From: Candidatus Poribacteria bacterium
GTDB taxonomy: Bacteria; Poribacteria; WGA-4E; WGA-3G
DNA: 64,000 bases
Assembly: GCA_965197475.1 (NCBI GenBank)
Contig: CBDANF010000002.1
Span: 960,001-1,024,000, forward strand
Reading direction: 5' to 3'
The position numbers and the translations under genes are program-made. Positions 26,871-37,364 of this stretch are shown in pieces. Numbering within the stretch: the first letter of the stretch is position 1; each line of letters starts with the position of its first letter. Below the pieces are notes generated by a model. That model did no database searches, was not told the origin of the DNA, and worked only from the letters and a program-made list of their open reading frames with translations.

Positions 26871-27095
26871 GTGAAAATTCCAATTCATGTCCACTCTAAT
26901 AATGGTTGGGTAGTAGAAATTCCTGATGGCACGGAGGAACCGTTAACGGGGAACAATCAACAGTTATCTCTTGAGGAATTTGATAAAATAGCAGATCGGT
27001 TAGCAGAACTCTCTATGAAAATTCACGGTCCTGATGCCAAGCCGTTGTCCGATTACGCGATGAGCCGCGAAAGCATATACGAAGATCACCCATAG
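26871..27095 (+). CDS. Putative antitoxin of VapBC-type pair
   Basis: GGAGG RBS, acidic 74 aa ending LSDYAMSRESIYEDHP, 2 bp upstream of the PIN gene. Confidence 0.7.
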   Translation: MKIPIHVHSNNGWVVEIPDGTEEPLTGNNQQLSLEEFDKIADRLAELSMKIHGPDAKPLSDYAMSRESIYEDHP

Positions 27096-27097
27096 TT

Positions 27098-27541
27098 ATG
27101 ATTTATCTGATTGACACCAATGTTTTGTTGGGATTTTCATATCCAGCTGATCAGAATTATCAAACCGTTCGATCTGCTGTTCATGAATTGTTGGCAAATG
27201 GTCATCAATTAAAGGCGACCCTCCAAAATTTCGCTGAATTTTGGAGGGCATCAACCCGACCCGCTGACGACAAGGGAAGCTTTGGGCTTACACCGTCTGA
27301 AACAGAACAGTTTTTGCAAAAATTGGAATTACTTTTCCCATTGCTGCCAGATTCACCTGATGTATATACCGAATGGAGACGACTCGCCGTGAAATATAGT
27401 GTATCAGGTAAAAAAGTTCACGATGCACGGTTAGTTGCAGCAATGATTTCTCATGGTATAACACATATCCTAACCTCTGATAAAAACTTTACCCGTTATG
27501 CTCCAGAAGGAATTGTCCGCGTTGATCCTGCGGCAGCTTAG
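27098..27541 (+). CDS. vapC: PIN-domain toxin (VapC family)
   Basis: YLIDTNVL, QNFAEFW, GKKVHDARLVAAM, ILTSDKNF. Confidence 0.9.
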   Translation: MIYLIDTNVLLGFSYPADQNYQTVRSAVHELLANGHQLKATLQNFAEFWRASTRPADDKGSFGLTPSETEQFLQKLELLFPLLPDSPDVYTEWRRLAVKYSVSGKKVHDARLVAAMISHGITHILTSDKNFTRYAPEGIVRVDPAAA

Positions 27542-27565
27542 CAAAAATTCCCTACCCACAAAACA

Positions 27566-28423
27566 TCAATCAGATTCCGGAACAGGCAACACCTCACGTT
27601 CAACCTCATGCACTTTGTCAGGAAAAGTCTCACCGCGAATCCACATCACAGGTTGCCCCTTATACGTTCCGTTCCCTTTTGCCCATTCTGCCTGTGCACT
27701 CAAGTAATGAGAGACATAACTACGCCGAAACCGCAGACTATGATTATCCGTGCTCTTATGTAAGAGATGACTGTGAAACCAGACGACGGCACCCGGTGGC
27801 ACTTCTACCGCAACACCGTCTTCATCGCGCGCACAGCGTGCCAGTTTGAATTCCCGCTGTTGTGAACCTTCAAGGTCATCATGCTCAAAAATATCGCCTT
27901 TGTGGCTACCAGGGATAACATAAAGACAACCGTTGTCCCGATCTGCTGGGTCAATAGCCGTCCACGTCCCGATGGTCGTTTCAGTATTAAACCTATTCCG
28001 AAAATAGAACTTGTCTTGATGCCAAGGGAAACCAATACCGATCTTAGGAGCCTTCCATATAAAAAGATTGTTGATACCGAGGATATCTGGACCCATCAGG
28101 TCAACAATTGGGTCAGTGAGGCGCGAATCACGTACACGGGTAAGGAATTCTGGGCAGAAACAACTTGGATGATGAATCTTATGCATCGCATAAATGCCTT
28201 GTTGCTCAATTTTTCCGTCTCTGACAAGTGCGTTCTGATCAATATGTGCAGACGGAAACGGACGTTTTCCGTCAACAATATCTTCAGCAACTTGACGGAG
28301 TGCATCGTTTTCCTCAGCGGTAAATACATCTAAGCGTATCAGATAGCCATTTTCGTTCCAAAAAGAAAGTTCTTCTGTGCTCAAATCAAAACGCCGTTCC
28401 TGCGGTGTGGATTTTGTGTTCAT
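27566..28423 (-). CDS. Phytanoyl-CoA dioxygenase (PhyH) family protein
   Basis: WHQD, WTAID...NGCLYVIPGSH, FHSHLLHKS..N.S...RR. Start at MNTKS after GGAG. Confidence 0.92.
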   Translation of the reverse strand: MNTKSTPQERRFDLSTEELSFWNENGYLIRLDVFTAEENDALRQVAEDIVDGKRPFPSAHIDQNALVRDGKIEQQGIYAMHKIHHPSCFCPEFLTRVRDSRLTDPIVDLMGPDILGINNLFIWKAPKIGIGFPWHQDKFYFRNRFNTETTIGTWTAIDPADRDNGCLYVIPGSHKGDIFEHDDLEGSQQREFKLARCARDEDGVAVEVPPGAVVWFHSHLLHKSTDNHSLRFRRSYVSHYLSAQAEWAKGNGTYKGQPVMWIRGETFPDKVHEVEREVLPVPESD

Positions 28424-28539
28424 CACATCTCCTATTTCTATGTTTTGGTTTGGGGAAATCCTAAGCATGCTGTATCATTATCAACTGCAAAGATAGTATC
28501 ATTTTTGACGAAAAAAGTCAAACACTACGAAGTCCCTTG

Positions 28540-28692
28540 CTGTGCAAAGTTCTTGACATTAACCACGTCCTCTTTCTTGTAGGAGGGGTTTGTAACCCCG
28601 ATTTCTTCCGTAGGAGCGACCTCCCGGTCGTGACCAGGAGGTCGCTCCTACAAAATCCGAGAACCACCCAATTGACAAAACTTTACATACCC
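28540..28692. repeat. REP cluster ending in a copy of the IS256-like MITE end
   Basis: TGTAGGAGGGGTTTGTAACCCCGAT, GTAGGAGCGACCTCC...GGAGGTCGCTCCTAC, and AAAACTTTACATACCC ending near 28692. Confidence 0.65.
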
Positions 28693-28765
28693 TTACGAAC
28701 AGATTCCTTGCATTAAAAAGGAATTTGTATTATGCTATCCACATCCCGTATTAAGGAGAAAAAGA

Positions 28766-30271
28766 ATGAGTCTATTGGGTATAGATGTTGGTACAACAGG
28801 ATGTAAAGTCATTGCATTTCGCGAGGATGGCGAGATTCTTGCACAAGCTTATGGTGAATATCCGTTAATACACCCGCAACCCGGTTGGTCAGAATTGGAT
28901 TCAAACGTTGTCTGGGAAAATGTTTCCAACGGAATTCGCGAGGTTGGCACACAAACAAAAACAGATCCGATTGAAGCAATTAGCGTGGCATCACAAGGTG
29001 AAGCAGTGACACCCGTATCGGGAAACTGCGATGTTCTCGCAAACGCTATTACCACGTTTGATTCCCGTACCACAGGAATCTGCGAAGAAATACTACAAGA
29101 AATTACACCTTTAGAAGTGATGCAAATCACTGGCATGCCGCCGAGTAATATACACACACTTGCGAAATTGGTATGGATACAACGGAATCAACCAGAAATT
29201 TATAAAGAGGTGTGGAAATTTTTTGGCTTTGAAGACTTCGTTAACTTCAGGCTGGGTGTGCAACCTGTGGTGGATTACTCTCTCGCAGCCCGGACTATGT
29301 GCTTTGATATTATCAACAAGTGCTGGTCGGAAAAGATGCTCGGTTTGGCAAATGTGGACGTATCAATCTTACCAGACACAGTGCCTTCAGGCACTATCAT
29401 CGGTGAAATAGGCACTAAAGTTGCGGGAGAACTTGGCCTTCCCAATGGAGTCGTTGTTGTTGCGGGCGGACACGATCAACCGTGTGGTGCGTTGGGCGCA
29501 GGTATCATTTGCGGTGGAGAAGTAATGGACGCAACAGGCACAGTCGAGTGTATTGCCCCTGCATTTCCCGAACCGGTAGTCAACCCGCAGATGATAGACG
29601 GTAACTTTTCTTGCTATCCTCATGTCGTTGAAGGACTCTATGTTACGTTAGGATTTGTGTCAAGCGGTGGTGTTGTGCTGCGATGGTTTCGGGATACCTT
29701 AGCACAAGCAGAAGTGGCGCAAGCTGCGGCAGAGGGAAAAGATGTCTATGACATTCTGCTTGAAGATATTCCAGATGTGCCCGGTACTGCGATGCTGCTG
29801 CCTCACTTCACCGGTTCTGGAACACCACATCTTGATTTGGAATCGAAGGGCGCAATTGTCGGATTGTCACTTTCAACTTCCAAAAGTGAACTTGTCAAAG
29901 CGATACTTGAAGGCATTAGTTATGAAATAAAACAGAATCTCGCGATGTTGCAGGACGCAGGCGTTGTGATAAATGAGGTTCGCGCTATCGGTGGCGGTGC
30001 GAAATCGGAAAAATGGTTGCAACTCAAGGCTGATATGTTTGGTAAAAAGGTCATCGCGCTTGACATTTCGGAAGGTGTCTGTCTTGGAACTGCTATCTTG
30101 TCAGGAACGGCAATAGGTAAGTATAGTGGAATTGAAGAGGCGGTTGACCTATTAGTGAAACCGCGTGAGGTCTACTATCCGCGTGAGGAAATTGCGCAAC
30201 AGTACGATGAGAAGTTGAAAGTTTATGAGCAGATCTATCCCGCGATCCGTAATCTGAATGACCAATTGTAA
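28766..30271 (+). CDS. FGGY-family carbohydrate kinase (xylulokinase-like)
   Basis: GIDVGTTGCK, GGHDQPCGALGAG, LPHFTGSGTP, GGGAKS. Confidence 0.92.
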   Translation: MSLLGIDVGTTGCKVIAFREDGEILAQAYGEYPLIHPQPGWSELDSNVVWENVSNGIREVGTQTKTDPIEAISVASQGEAVTPVSGNCDVLANAITTFDSRTTGICEEILQEITPLEVMQITGMPPSNIHTLAKLVWIQRNQPEIYKEVWKFFGFEDFVNFRLGVQPVVDYSLAARTMCFDIINKCWSEKMLGLANVDVSILPDTVPSGTIIGEIGTKVAGELGLPNGVVVVAGGHDQPCGALGAGIICGGEVMDATGTVECIAPAFPEPVVNPQMIDGNFSCYPHVVEGLYVTLGFVSSGGVVLRWFRDTLAQAEVAQAAAEGKDVYDILLEDIPDVPGTAMLLPHFTGSGTPHLDLESKGAIVGLSLSTSKSELVKAILEGISYEIKQNLAMLQDAGVVINEVRAIGGGAKSEKWLQLKADMFGKKVIALDISEGVCLGTAILSGTAIGKYSGIEEAVDLLVKPREVYYPREEIAQQYDEKLKVYEQIYPAIRNLNDQL

Positions 30272-30420
30272 TCGGTATTAGCGCGTAGGTTGGGTAAAGT
30301 TTACGAAACCCAACATGTTATTCCCATTATAACGGTTGCGGCGTTGGGTTTCGCTTGCGCTCTACTCAACCTATGAACTGTCTCATTCTTGTGGGAGGGC
30401 TTTCCAAGCCCGATATACCT

Positions 30421-31374
30421 ATGAAAAAACACGTCGTTGGAATAGACATCGGCGGCACGAAACTCGCGACCGTTGTTGCGGATGACACAGGAAAAATCCT
30501 GAGCAAAGTCCGCAGACCGACACGCGCAGAAAAAGGACCAGAGTATGCTATCCAGTTACTTTTTGAGATGGTTTATGAAGGTATTTCGCAAACAGGTTTG
30601 GAACAGAAAGCAATTTCAGCAATTGGTGTCAGTTGTGGCGGTCCATTAGACACAGAAACCGGAGTTGTTTATTCCCCACCGAATCTGCCCGGTTGGGATA
30701 CGTTTCCGCTGAAAACGCGACTTGAATCCGAGTTTAAGATACCAGCCACAATTGAAAACGATGCAAATGCATCCGCGCTTGCAGAATATCGGTTCGGAGG
30801 CGGCAGCGGTTACAATGCTGTGCTCTATATGACGATGAGTACAGGTATCGGTGGTGGGATTGTAATCAATGGGCAGATATATCACGGTGCCAACGATAGT
30901 GCTGGAGAGGTCGGTCACCAGATTCTATTGCCTGATGGTCCGCTATGCGGGTGTGGCAAACGCGGATGCCTTGAGGCACTCTGCTCAGGACCGGCTATTG
31001 CACGCCGCGCCAAAGAAGCGATTCAGAAGGAATCAAACTCTGCGATCCTTACGCTTACAGATGGAAATATTGATGCTATAAAATCGGAGCATGTGCTTGA
31101 GGCGGCAAGGCAAGGGGACGCATTGGCACTAAAGTTAGTTGACGAAACGGCATATTACATGGGTTGGGGTATCGCAAATCTTGTCAACATCATGAACCCT
31201 GACATTGTTCTGTTGGGAACGATCGCTATCGCCGCAGGAGACCTTCTACTTGATCCGATTCGACAGACAGTTTCTGCGTTTGCAATGGCGCGTCCAGCGG
31301 AAGCAGTTAAGATAATGCCGGCAGAGTTGGGTGAATCGTTGGGTGACCTTGCTGCTATCGCACTAGTAGTTTAA
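30421..31374 (+). CDS. ROK family sugar kinase
   Basis: GIDIGGTK, ENDANA, STGIGGG, GEVGH, CGCGKRGCLE. The longer ORF start lies in REP sequence. Confidence 0.92.
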   Translation: MKKHVVGIDIGGTKLATVVADDTGKILSKVRRPTRAEKGPEYAIQLLFEMVYEGISQTGLEQKAISAIGVSCGGPLDTETGVVYSPPNLPGWDTFPLKTRLESEFKIPATIENDANASALAEYRFGGGSGYNAVLYMTMSTGIGGGIVINGQIYHGANDSAGEVGHQILLPDGPLCGCGKRGCLEALCSGPAIARRAKEAIQKESNSAILTLTDGNIDAIKSEHVLEAARQGDALALKLVDETAYYMGWGIANLVNIMNPDIVLLGTIAIAAGDLLLDPIRQTVSAFAMARPAEAVKIMPAELGESLGDLAAIALVV

Positions 31375-31402
31375 TTCCTACTCAAAGTTGGAGAGAAACT
31401 TG

Positions 31403-31966
31403 ATGGAGAGAATCCAAAAATATATTTCGCACCTACAAGAAGTTTTAGCACGGTTAAAGTTGGAAGATGTGCGCCGATCCATACACGTAATAATGGATGC
31501 CTATAATGCGGATAAACAAATCTTTGTTATTGGCAACGGCGGCAGTGCATCTACTGCATCTCACTTCGCTTGTGATTTGGGCAAAGGCACAAGTGTTGCA
31601 GGTAAACCTCGTTTTCGTGTGATCAGTTTAACAGATAACATAGCAACAATGACAGCGTGGTCTAATGATGTCGCTTACGAAGATGTTTTCGTTGAACAAC
31701 TCAAAAATCTTGTGAACGCGGGTGACGTTGTAATAGGCATCAGTGCAAGTGGCAATTCTGAGAACGTTATTCGCGCGATGCAGCATGCCTCAGACATTGG
31801 CTGCAAAACCATCGGATGGAGCGGGTTTGGCGGTGGAAGATTGGCAACAATTTGTGATGTGAACGTTGTTGTTGATAGCAACCAATATGGCCCCGTCGAA
31901 GATGTACACTTGATTCTAAATCATGTGTTACATGCATGGATTCAAGAAGAATTTGCGTCATCATAA
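31403..31966 (+). CDS. SIS-domain phosphoheptose isomerase-like protein (GmhA family)
   Basis: GNGGSASTASHFACD, WSND, ISASGNSENV, EDVH. Confidence 0.88.
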   Translation: MERIQKYISHLQEVLARLKLEDVRRSIHVIMDAYNADKQIFVIGNGGSASTASHFACDLGKGTSVAGKPRFRVISLTDNIATMTAWSNDVAYEDVFVEQLKNLVNAGDVVIGISASGNSENVIRAMQHASDIGCKTIGWSGFGGGRLATICDVNVVVDSNQYGPVEDVHLILNHVLHAWIQEEFASS

Positions 31967-32019
31967 AAAACATTTTGAATCGCCTGACCAACCTTGGATA
32001 ATTTATTGTAAGGAAGTTC

Positions 32020-32049
32020 TTGACATATCAACTGCCCTTAAGGTATACT
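32020..32049 (+). promoter_or_regulatory. sigma70 promoter of the nfeD-floA operon
   Basis: TTGACA-N18-TATACT. Confidence 0.7.
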
Positions 32050-32115
32050 TATAGCAAAAGTTTCCTATCCACTAATCAGAAAAAACTTTTGAGGGGCATT
32101 TCATATTAATCAGGA

Positions 32116-33666
32116 GTGAGAGAGATGAGAGTCCAAAAAAATCTGCTATATTGCGTGCTCTTCTTAATCGGGTGTCTCTTCATGAAAGATGGACTATCCG
32201 CTGAGGACAGCGCATTAGTTTATGTGATTGACATCCGCACAGAAATCGGCGGCGGGGTAAGCACTTACATTAAAAAAGGCATTCAAAAGGCAGAGCAAGC
32301 GAATGCAGATGCTATTATTTTTGATGTGGATACCCCAGGTGGAAAGGTTGATGCTGCAGTAAAAATTATCAGATCGATCCAAGCCACTCAAATTCCGACT
32401 ATCGCTTTCGTCAATCGACAAGCTATCTCCGCAGGTGCCATGATTTCTGCTGCATGCGATCAGATTGTTATGACATCAGGGGCAACCATTGGCGATTCAG
32501 CACCGGTAGACGTGCAAGGAAATGAGGCAGGTGAGAAAATCGTCTCCTATATCCGAGGGATTATTCGTTCAACAGCAGAGCGACAAGATAGAAATCCGGA
32601 CATCGCCGAGGCTATGGTGGACAAAAGACTCATACTTGTACGTTTGCAAAATGGCGATATAATTAAATTGCGGCCTGAAGAGTATATTAATGAGCAAGAT
32701 GCTGGTACACAGATGGAAATTCTCTGCGGAGAAGGGGAACTGCTAAACTTAACCACTCGCCAAGCTCTTGACTACGGTTTCGCAGATGCACAGGCAGAAA
32801 ACTTAACGGCATTGCTCGCGCAATACCGAATCGTTGAAATTGACCAAGATTATAGAAGCGATCAAAATGATGCTGTTATAGCGGCACTGACTCAAAAAAA
32901 TGTCTTAGGAAAACAGGAAAAACTCGGTGATCACCGAGTCAATATAATAAAATCTTTGGAAAACGCGCAAATTACCAAATTTATAGTGACGCTTGCAGAT
33001 CGCACAGTCTTTTTTGTTACAAGTCCCTATATCAGTGCGCTTTTGCTTTCTTTAGGTGGACTCGGTTTAATCGTTGAGATTCGTACCCCAGGTTTTGGTA
33101 TTCCTGGATTTCTTGGTTTGCTGTTTATCGGACTTTTTTTCGGTGGACACATGCTGAACCAAGTTCCAAATGCCTATGTTGTTGCATTAATCTTTGTAGT
33201 CGGGTTGGCACTAATTGTATTAGAGGTATTTGTTATACCCGGTTTTGGCATTGCTGGCATTCTTGGAATATTATGTATGTTCGGAAGTGTCTTTTACACT
33301 TTTTTTCAAAGTACGGATGATATCAATACTGCCCTACTATGGTTGTCTGTTTCAGTTATTCTTACCTCTGTGTTGGCAATTCTTGCCACAGCATTTCTAC
33401 CTAAATCGGCTCCATTTCAGCGATTCGCGCTCTCCACAGTGATGAGTACTGACCAAGGTTACCACTCTGCTGGCACCCAAGATTTTGAGAATTTTCTCGG
33501 TAAAACCGGGGTGGCGTTAACACCGTTAAGGCCTGCAGGGACAGCCAGAATCGATAATAAACGACTTGATGTTGTCACAGTTGGTGACTTCATCGCACAA
33601 AATACACTTGTTAAGGTTTTAGAAGTCGAAGGTTCAAAAATTTCGGTTGAATCTCTTGAGAAGTGA
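32116..33666 (+). CDS. nfeD: NfeD-like membrane-bound serine protease (long form)
   Basis: DTPGG, AISAGA, EIRTPGFG, TM bundle and C-terminal TPLRPAG OB fold. Confidence 0.9.
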   Translation: MREMRVQKNLLYCVLFLIGCLFMKDGLSAEDSALVYVIDIRTEIGGGVSTYIKKGIQKAEQANADAIIFDVDTPGGKVDAAVKIIRSIQATQIPTIAFVNRQAISAGAMISAACDQIVMTSGATIGDSAPVDVQGNEAGEKIVSYIRGIIRSTAERQDRNPDIAEAMVDKRLILVRLQNGDIIKLRPEEYINEQDAGTQMEILCGEGELLNLTTRQALDYGFADAQAENLTALLAQYRIVEIDQDYRSDQNDAVIAALTQKNVLGKQEKLGDHRVNIIKSLENAQITKFIVTLADRTVFFVTSPYISALLLSLGGLGLIVEIRTPGFGIPGFLGLLFIGLFFGGHMLNQVPNAYVVALIFVVGLALIVLEVFVIPGFGIAGILGILCMFGSVFYTFFQSTDDINTALLWLSVSVILTSVLAILATAFLPKSAPFQRFALSTVMSTDQGYHSAGTQDFENFLGKTGVALTPLRPAGTARIDNKRLDVVTVGDFIAQNTLVKVLEVEGSKISVESLEK

Positions 33667-33705
33667 CATTATATTAAATACCTAAAATGTTTGGAGGAAA
33701 AATCC

Positions 33706-34188
33706 ATGTTATGGGTTCCAACAATTCTCATCGCGCTCGGAATACTATTAGTGTTTATTGAGATTTTGATTCTTCCGGGGTTTGGTGCAGCGGGTGTGCC
33801 AGGAATCATACTACTCATCGTCGGAATCGGGATGATTTGGGCAGAATCAGGGGTTAAGACAGCCCTTATCTATGCAAGTATAGCTCTAATTTTCGTGATA
33901 CCAATAGCCGTTATCGGTCTGTCACTCATTCGTGAAACACCTCTCGGCAAAACCTTTATCCTGAGTGCTGCAGAAAGAAGTGACGAAGGTTTTCAGGCAG
34001 CACCTCAAGGGTTAACAGCACTTGTAGGAAAATCAGGTAAAACGGTAACCCCGCTTCGCCCGGCAGGAGTTGCACTTATCAATGGCCAACGTGTTGATAT
34101 CGTTACGCAGGGAGAGTTTGTAGCACCGGAAACAGAGATTGAAGTTATTCAAGTTGAAGGAAGTCGTGTTGTCGTCCGTAGTTTGTAA
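33706..34188 (+). CDS. nfeD: NfeD-like protein (short form)
   Basis: EILILPGFG and TPLRPAG...VEGSRVVV. GGAGG RBS before MLWVPT. Confidence 0.88.
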   Translation: MLWVPTILIALGILLVFIEILILPGFGAAGVPGIILLIVGIGMIWAESGVKTALIYASIALIFVIPIAVIGLSLIRETPLGKTFILSAAERSDEGFQAAPQGLTALVGKSGKTVTPLRPAGVALINGQRVDIVTQGEFVAPETEIEVIQVEGSRVVVRSL

Positions 34189-34257
34189 AATCGTCAAATT
34201 GAGAGTGTTTGTTCTATCAAATTAACGAAACCGTAATCCTAAGAAAGGAGATATGAT

Positions 34258-35175
34258 ATGCTAGAATTTTTACCCGTTGTGCCGATAGTTGCTGTCGTAG
34301 CCCTAATTGTTATCTTTATGTTCTTTTGGTTCGTCCCAGTTGGGCTCTGGATTGCCGCTGTTGCAGCTGGTGCTCCACTGCGCATTTCTGAACTTATCGG
34401 AATGCGTTTGAGACGAGTCAACCCCAATGTAATTGTCAAAGCGTTAATTAGTGGTCACAAAGCTGGGTTAACAGTTGCAACAACCGAATTAGAGGCACAC
34501 TACCTTGCAGGTGGTAACATCCTGAACGTTGTCAGTGCGCTCATTGCCGCGGATAAAGCAAAAATTGAGCTTTCATTTCAACAATCATCCGCTATTGATC
34601 TGGCGGGTAGAGATGTGTTTGAAGCTGTCCAGGTGAGTGTGAATCCGCGTGTCATTACCACGCCAAAAATCAGTGCACTCGCTTTAGATGGTGTTGAACT
34701 CATTGCTACTGTCAGAATCACCGTCCGAACCAATATTAACCGTCTCGTCGGTGGTGCTGGTGAAGAGACTATCGTCGCACGGGTTGGTGAGGGCATCATC
34801 AGTGCGATCGGTGCCTCTGAAACATACGAGGATGTGCTTGAAAATCCGGACATTATTTCCAAAACGGTACTTGATCGTGGTCTTGATGCAGGTACCGCTT
34901 TTGAAATCTTATCTATTGATATTGCAGATGTAAACGTAGGGAAAAATATAGGTGCGGAACTTCAGGCAGAACAAGCAGAAGCTGATCTTGTTGTTGCGCA
35001 GGCCAAAGCGGAAGAACGTCGTGCACTTGCGGTTGCTCGGAAACAGCAGATGACAGCAAACGTACAGGAGATGCGCGCCAAAGTTGTTGAAGCCGAAGCG
35101 ACTGTTCCTCGTGCACTCGCGACCGCCTTTCGTGAAGGAAATTTTAATATCTCAACTCCGACAGAAGGAGAATAA
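34258..35175 (+). CDS. floA: Flotillin-like protein FloA (YqfA family), copy 1
   Basis: [49 protein letters not shown]. Confidence 0.93.
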   Translation: MLEFLPVVPIVAVVALIVIFMFFWFVPVGLWIAAVAAGAPLRISELIGMRLRRVNPNVIVKALISGHKAGLTVATTELEAHYLAGGNILNVVSALIAADKAKIELSFQQSSAIDLAGRDVFEAVQVSVNPRVITTPKISALALDGVELIATVRITVRTNINRLVGGAGEETIVARVGEGIISAIGASETYEDVLENPDIISKTVLDRGLDAGTAFEILSIDIADVNVGKNIGAELQAEQAEADLVVAQAKAEERRALAVARKQQMTANVQEMRAKVVEAEATVPRALATAFREGNFNISTPTEGE

Positions 35176-35177
35176 AG

Positions 35178-36209
35178 ATGGAACCAGTTATACTTGCGAT
35201 TATTGCTGTCTGTATCTTGTTATTTTTAATTGTTATTGCTTGGTTAGTTCCACTCGGTTTGTGGATTACCGCGATTGCAGCGGGTGTTAGAGTTGGTATT
35301 TTTGATCTCGTTGCGATGCGGTTGCGACGCGTTCCACCATCCGGAATTGTTGAACCCCAAATCAACGCCACAAAGGCAGGGTTAAGCCTATCACTTGACG
35401 ATCTTGAGGCGCATTTCCTTGCTGGTGGACGGGTAGGAAGCGTTGTTGCGGCACTCATCGCCGCCGATAAAGCTAACATTCAACTTGGTTTTGCGCAAGC
35501 CGCCGCTATTGATTTGGCGGGTAGAGATGTCTTGCAAGCTGTTCAAGTCAGCGTCACACCCGAGATTATTGATATTCCAAGCAGAGATGAACCCGCTAAC
35601 GGTATCACTGCAGTTGCCCGCGATGGAATCCAACTCATTGTTAAAGCACGCGTCACTGTGAGAGCAAACATTGATCGGCTTGTCGGTGGTGCAACTGAAG
35701 AAACGATACGGGCAAGAGTTGGGGAAGGGATTATCACAACGATTGGTTCTTCAGCAAACCATAAACAGGTTTTGGAAAACCCTGTGCGTATCTCTGAAAC
35801 AGTTCTTGAAAAGGGGCTTGAGGCAGGCACTGCTTTTGAAATTTTGTCTATTGATATCGCTGATATTAACGTTGGCGAGAACGTTGGCGCAAAATTACAG
35901 ACCGATCAGGCACAAGCTGAACTCAAGATAGCACGTGCAAAAGCGGAAGAGCAACGAGCACGCGCGGAAGCGGAAGAGGAAGAAAACAAGGCACTTGTAG
36001 AAGAAATGACCATCAAACTGATTGAGGCGGAAGCGGAAATTCCACTTTCCATTTCAGACTCGTTTAATTCCGAAAGGATGAGTGTTATGGATTACTACAC
36101 GCTCCGCAATATCCTTGCAGATACGGAGATGCGTCAATCTATCGCCTCTCCAGGGGGTACTCAAGACGTAGACACAACCCGATCTTCACATTCCTTGGGA
36201 CTCTCATAA
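35178..36209 (+). CDS. floA: Flotillin-like protein FloA (YqfA family), copy 2
   Basis: Same motifs as copy 1 plus the C-terminal [14 protein letters not shown]. Confidence 0.93.
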   Translation: MEPVILAIIAVCILLFLIVIAWLVPLGLWITAIAAGVRVGIFDLVAMRLRRVPPSGIVEPQINATKAGLSLSLDDLEAHFLAGGRVGSVVAALIAADKANIQLGFAQAAAIDLAGRDVLQAVQVSVTPEIIDIPSRDEPANGITAVARDGIQLIVKARVTVRANIDRLVGGATEETIRARVGEGIITTIGSSANHKQVLENPVRISETVLEKGLEAGTAFEILSIDIADINVGENVGAKLQTDQAQAELKIARAKAEEQRARAEAEEEENKALVEEMTIKLIEAEAEIPLSISDSFNSERMSVMDYYTLRNILADTEMRQSIASPGGTQDVDTTRSSHSLGLS

Positions 36210-36231
36210 ATAACTTCTAAAGGAGAAATCG

Positions 36232-36702
36232 ATGGACTTTGATCTACGGACGTTAATTCCTTTTGTTATCGCGATTCTATTTTTGATATTTGGGGGGGCA
36301 CGCCGCCGGAAACCTGCTCAGCGTTCCGCTGAAAACAGCCAACGTCCCACTGAAAACAGGACCGAGGTAGATGCACCACCCGATCGCGAAGTTGTATTCC
36401 CTCCTTTCATGGAGAATTTTGAGGAGTTTCCATCTGAGACAGAATTGGCGCAGGAAACAGTGGTAAGCACCGAAGCCAATATACCAATGGTAACGGAGCA
36501 ATCTGTACCGGTTCAGGAGCCTACACCTGAGAGAAAGCGTATAGAACTGCCACCGGTTCCTGTGGATTCTCCGACACCGCTGCCAACGAAGTCGGTGCCC
36601 GCAACCTCTCTGATTGGTCTGTCTCCTGATACGTTTCGTCAAGGTATCATTCTTGCTGAAATTCTCGGCAGACCTAAAGGACTGCAAAGTAGGAGGCGGT
36701 AA
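36232..36702 (+). CDS. Membrane-anchored Pro/Glu-rich protein (YqfB-like), copy 1
   Basis: N-terminal TM helix and C-terminal FRQGIILAEILGRPKG. Follows floA. Confidence 0.75.
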   Translation: MDFDLRTLIPFVIAILFLIFGGARRRKPAQRSAENSQRPTENRTEVDAPPDREVVFPPFMENFEEFPSETELAQETVVSTEANIPMVTEQSVPVQEPTPERKRIELPPVPVDSPTPLPTKSVPATSLIGLSPDTFRQGIILAEILGRPKGLQSRRR

Positions 36703-36799
36703 CATACTACTACTTTAACGTAGACGTGTTCAGCAGTGTAATGGGTAGGGAAGTTTTCAGAGGAATTCTAATGTCCTGTGAAAAATGGGGGACTGCTTC

Positions 36800-37258
36800 A
36801 TGGATTATATTCTCTGGTCAAGGATTATTGTCCCTTTGACAATTGCGATTTTCGTAATTTACGTTGTTATCTCAAGCAATAGTGCGTATAAGAAGATAGA
36901 ACAGAAGAAATTAGAAGCAAATAATGAGGTTGATACGTCTGTCAATAGTGAAGTTGTGCCCTCTCCTTTCATGGAGAATTTTGGGGAGTTTCCTTCTGCA
37001 GCAGAACTGGTGCAGGAAACAGTAGAGAGCACCGATGCCAATATGCTTATGGAAGGGGAACAATCTGATGTGGTTCAAGAGACAACCCCTGAGAGAAAGC
37101 GTATAGAATCGCCACCGATTCCAGTGGATTCTCCGATGCGGCTGCCAACGAAACCGATGCCTTCAACCTCTCTGCTCGATCTGACTCCAAAAACGTTTCG
37201 TCAGGGTATAGTTCTTTCTGAAATTCTCGGCAAACCTAAAGGATTGCGCCATAAGTAA
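36800..37258 (+). CDS. Membrane-anchored Pro/Glu-rich protein (YqfB-like), copy 2
   Basis: Close paralogue of 36232-36702 (PFMENF.EFPS..EL.QETV, TPERKRIE, FRQGIVLSEILGKPKG) with a different N terminus. Confidence 0.75.
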   Translation: MDYILWSRIIVPLTIAIFVIYVVISSNSAYKKIEQKKLEANNEVDTSVNSEVVPSPFMENFGEFPSAAELVQETVESTDANMLMEGEQSDVVQETTPERKRIESPPIPVDSPMRLPTKPMPSTSLLDLTPKTFRQGIVLSEILGKPKGLRHK

Positions 37259-37278
37259 TAGTAACCTCTGACTCGTTT

Positions 37279-37322
37279 ATGTCCGTAGTCTTGAAATTAG
37301 TTTGAGACTACGGACATTTTTT
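37279..37322 (+). terminator. Intrinsic terminator
   Basis: ATGTCCGTAGTCT...AGACTACGGACAT followed by a T tract. Confidence 0.85.
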
Positions 37323-37364
37323 AGCACCCCGTAAACTGTTTCTCACAGAACATAGGTTTAGAAA

